From assembly GCA_035265325.1 (NCBI GenBank), contig DATFOS010000172.1, positions 5,653 through 69,652 on the forward strand: a stretch of 64,000 nt of DNA. Reading direction: 5' to 3'. The first letter of the stretch is position 1. Each line of letters begins with the position of its first letter. Position numbers and translations under genes: made by a program. Source of the stretch: Acidimicrobiales bacterium. GTDB lineage: Bacteria > Actinomycetota > Acidimicrobiia > Acidimicrobiales > VFJN01. The notes below the pieces were generated by a model. It was given only the letters and a program-made list of their open reading frames with translations, was not told where the DNA came from and did no database searches. Shown in pieces: positions 62,198-64,000 of this stretch.

Positions 62198-63184
62198 ATG
62201 GCACACGACACCGTCCACCAGTGCCCGTACTGCGAGCTCCGCTTCGCGTACCGGCCGGAGCTGGCCGATCACGTCGCCGCCGACCACCCCCGGCCGGTCG
62301 ACGATGACCTGCCGGCCGCCACCGCACCCGCCGGGACCATCACCGTCCCGCTCGACCCCGCCCACCCGCCGACCGTCGCCCTGCCGGTCGCCATCGCTCT
62401 GGCCCGCCCGACGGGCCTGGCCGTCGAGATCGTGGCCGCCCCCGCCGTCGGCCTGCCGACCGCGCCCTACCTCGCCGCGGCCCGCCGGCGGGTCGTCGAG
62501 GCCGGCGTCGTCGCCGTCCGAGCCGTCGAGCTGATGGGCGACGCCGCCGCGGCGATCGTCGCCCATGCCGCCACCGGCCGCACCCGGCTCCTCTGCCTGT
62601 CCACCCACGCCTGGGGCGTGGTCGGCAAGGGGGCGCTGGGCAGCGTCAGCGACCGGATCGTCCGCAGCTCTCCCGTCCCGGTCGTCCTCGTCGGCCCCGC
62701 CGTCCTGCACCCCGGGCAACCGATCCGTCGGGTGCTGGCCGGCGTGGACGGCTCGACGCTGTCCCGCCAGGCGGTCGACGTCGCCGCGGCCTTGGCCGGC
62801 CGGTTGGGCGCCCGGTTCGACCTCGCCTACGTCGTCCGGCCCAACGACCCCTACGACGACGCGCCCGACGCCGCCCTGCTCTGGGGCGAGCAGCACCTGC
62901 AGCCCCCGTGGGACTACGAGGTCGTCCACGGCGACGACCCGGCCCGCACGCTGGCCGACTTGGCGGGCCAGGCCGGCGACACGCTGGTGGCGGTCGGCAC
63001 GCACGGCCGCACCGGCCTGCCCCTCGCCGTCCTCGGCAGCGTGGCCGTCGGCCTCGCCGACCAGTGCACCGGGCCGGTCCTCGTCCTGCCGGCGACGGCG
63101 GCCCCCGGCGCCGGCACCACCGGCACCACCGACATGGCCACAGCCACCCCACGGCGCGCCGCTCCCGTGGAGGGAGAGCAGTGA
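62198..63184 (+). CDS. C2H2 zinc finger fused to tandem USP domains
   Basis: CPYCELRFAYRPELADHVAADH fits C-x2-C-x3-F-x5-L-x2-H-x4-H. It is followed by two USP-like units. GGAGGGAGGA RBS. DosR-type box 35 nt upstream. Confidence 0.7.
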   Translation: MAHDTVHQCPYCELRFAYRPELADHVAADHPRPVDDDLPAATAPAGTITVPLDPAHPPTVALPVAIALARPTGLAVEIVAAPAVGLPTAPYLAAARRRVVEAGVVAVRAVELMGDAAAAIVAHAATGRTRLLCLSTHAWGVVGKGALGSVSDRIVRSSPVPVVLVGPAVLHPGQPIRRVLAGVDGSTLSRQAVDVAAALAGRLGARFDLAYVVRPNDPYDDAPDAALLWGEQHLQPPWDYEVVHGDDPARTLADLAGQAGDTLVAVGTHGRTGLPLAVLGSVAVGLADQCTGPVLVLPATAAPGAGTTGTTDMATATPRRAAPVEGEQ

Positions 63185-64000
63185 TGGCCCCGGCCGGCCG
63201 GCACCAGGTCGTCGTCGGGGTGGACGGGTCGCCGCACGCCCGCCTCGCCATGCGATGGGCCTCGCGCTTCGCCCTCCTCCTCGACGCCGACGTCACCGCG
63301 GTCCACGGCACCGGCCTCCTCGACCACGTGGACGGGCGACTCGTCCCCGCCCACGCCCACATCGACGAGATCCGTCGGGCCCTCGAGGAGGAGTGGTGCG
63401 GCCGCCTGGACCGCACGCACCTCCCGCACCGCGTCGAGGTCGTCGAGCGGCCGGCCGTCGACGCCCTGCTGGCCGCCGCCCACGAGGGGCCCACCGATCT
63501 GGTCGTCGTCGGCACCCGAGGGCGCGGCATCCCCCGCGCCCAGGCCCTCGGCAGCACGGCACTGCAACTGCTCCGGCAGGCGACGGTGCCCGTGCTCGTC
63601 GTCCCGGGGCCCTCCGGCGACCGCTCGGTCGAGCTGCGCCGGCTCGTGATCGGGGTCGACGGGTCCGTGGCGGCCCAGGCCGCCCTCCTCTGGGCCTCGG
63701 GCCTGGCCTGCCTCACCGGCGCCCGCTGCGAGGTGGTGGCCGTCGCCGAGGACGACCCGGTCTTCCCGCTGGGCACGGCCGCCACCGTGACCGCCGCCGG
63801 CGAGGAGGACGCCCCCGACCGCCTGCGGGCGATTGCGGAGCAGGCCTGCGAGTCCCTGCGTGACCTGGGAGTGACCTGCGAGGTGACGGTCCGCCGCGGC
63901 ACGGCCGCCGACGCCCTGCTCGGCGTGGCCCGCGACCGGCACGCCGACCTCGTCGTTGTGGGCAGCTCCGGCGAGGGCTCGGCCGGCAACCCGCTGCTCG
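63184..64000 (+). CDS. tandem universal stress protein (3' end cut by window edge)
   Basis: My own translation from ATG 63184 (TGATG overlap) reads MAPAGRHQVVVGVDGSPHARLAMRWA...DLVVVGTRGRG...VPVLVVP, then a second unit LVIGVDGSVAAQAAL...DLVVVGSSGEG. No stop before base 64000. Confidence 0.8.
   Translation, partial: MAPAGRHQVVVGVDGSPHARLAMRWASRFALLLDADVTAVHGTGLLDHVDGRLVPAHAHIDEIRRALEEEWCGRLDRTHLPHRVEVVERPAVDALLAAAHEGPTDLVVVGTRGRGIPRAQALGSTALQLLRQATVPVLVVPGPSGDRSVELRRLVIGVDGSVAAQAALLWASGLACLTGARCEVVAVAEDDPVFPLGTAATVTAAGEEDAPDRLRAIAEQACESLRDLGVTCEVTVRRGTAADALLGVARDRHADLVVVGSSGEGSAGNPLL

Noticed and set aside
1-64000. Very long ORFs in the supplied track on the opposite strand or in alternative frames. 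Examples are 60..1334(-), 743..2503(-), 9359..12700(-) at 1113 aa, 33270..36164(-) at 964 aa, 47659..50220(-) upstream part, and 57210..60329(+) at 1039 aa.
   Set aside because: Their translations are Arg/Pro/Gly/Ala-dominated with no recognisable motifs. Each overlaps a frame that has clear family signatures and high GC3. This is typical stop-codon-poor shadow sequence in high-GC DNA.
1-64000. Search for mobile elements, CRISPR arrays, tRNA/rRNA genes, toxin-antitoxin pairs or defence systems.
   Set aside because: I recognised no transposase, integrase or recombinase motifs, no spaced direct-repeat arrays and no tRNA-like low-GC segments. No small paired ORFs occupy the few gaps. The only AT-rich patches are explained as operators.

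Overview
Very GC-rich, gene-dense chromosomal segment, almost certainly from a high-GC actinobacterium. ATGA/GTGA/TGATG start-stop overlaps are frequent. I call 66 CDS and find no rRNA/tRNA genes, CRISPR arrays, transposases or integrases. Most long ORFs in the supplied track are Arg/Pro/Gly/Ala-rich shadow frames and were discarded. There are three blocks. (1) Bases 1-6624 are a co-directional operon. It joins a ferredoxin-dependent 2-oxoacid oxidoreductase (delta, alpha and beta subunits visible) to an epimerase, two SnoaL-like proteins, two SDRs and an LLM oxidoreductase. (2) Bases 6.7-48.1 kb are a steroid/cholesterol catabolic cluster. It holds kstR and four KstR-type operators, fadE26/27-like ACADs, a CYP125-like P450, an ltp4/ltp3 plus DUF35 module, kstD, echA20, hsaEGF, hsaDCA, fadD3-, fadA6- and fadE30-like genes, and a Kst4D-like dehydrogenase with a KSI-like protein. 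A MarR-IclR regulator pair sits where M. tuberculosis has kstR2. (3) Bases 48.1-64 kb are a DosR/DevR-type dormancy island. It holds an orphan devR-like response regulator and five GGGACC-NN-GGTCCC-type boxes, two pairs of which are the same 14-mer. It also has five USP-domain proteins, a CBS protein, two PPOX-family proteins, ldh and a cupredoxin-multicopper oxidase. The most unusual items are domain fusions in this island: an Rv0079-like hibernation factor fused to a TraR/DksA zinc finger, a canonical C2H2 zinc finger fused to tandem USP domains, and a Pat-type GNAT with a degenerate acetyl-CoA loop fused to tandem USP domains. All family and ortholog names rest on motifs read from the translations, remembered similarity to M. 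tuberculosis/Rhodococcus proteins, and synteny. No searches were run.
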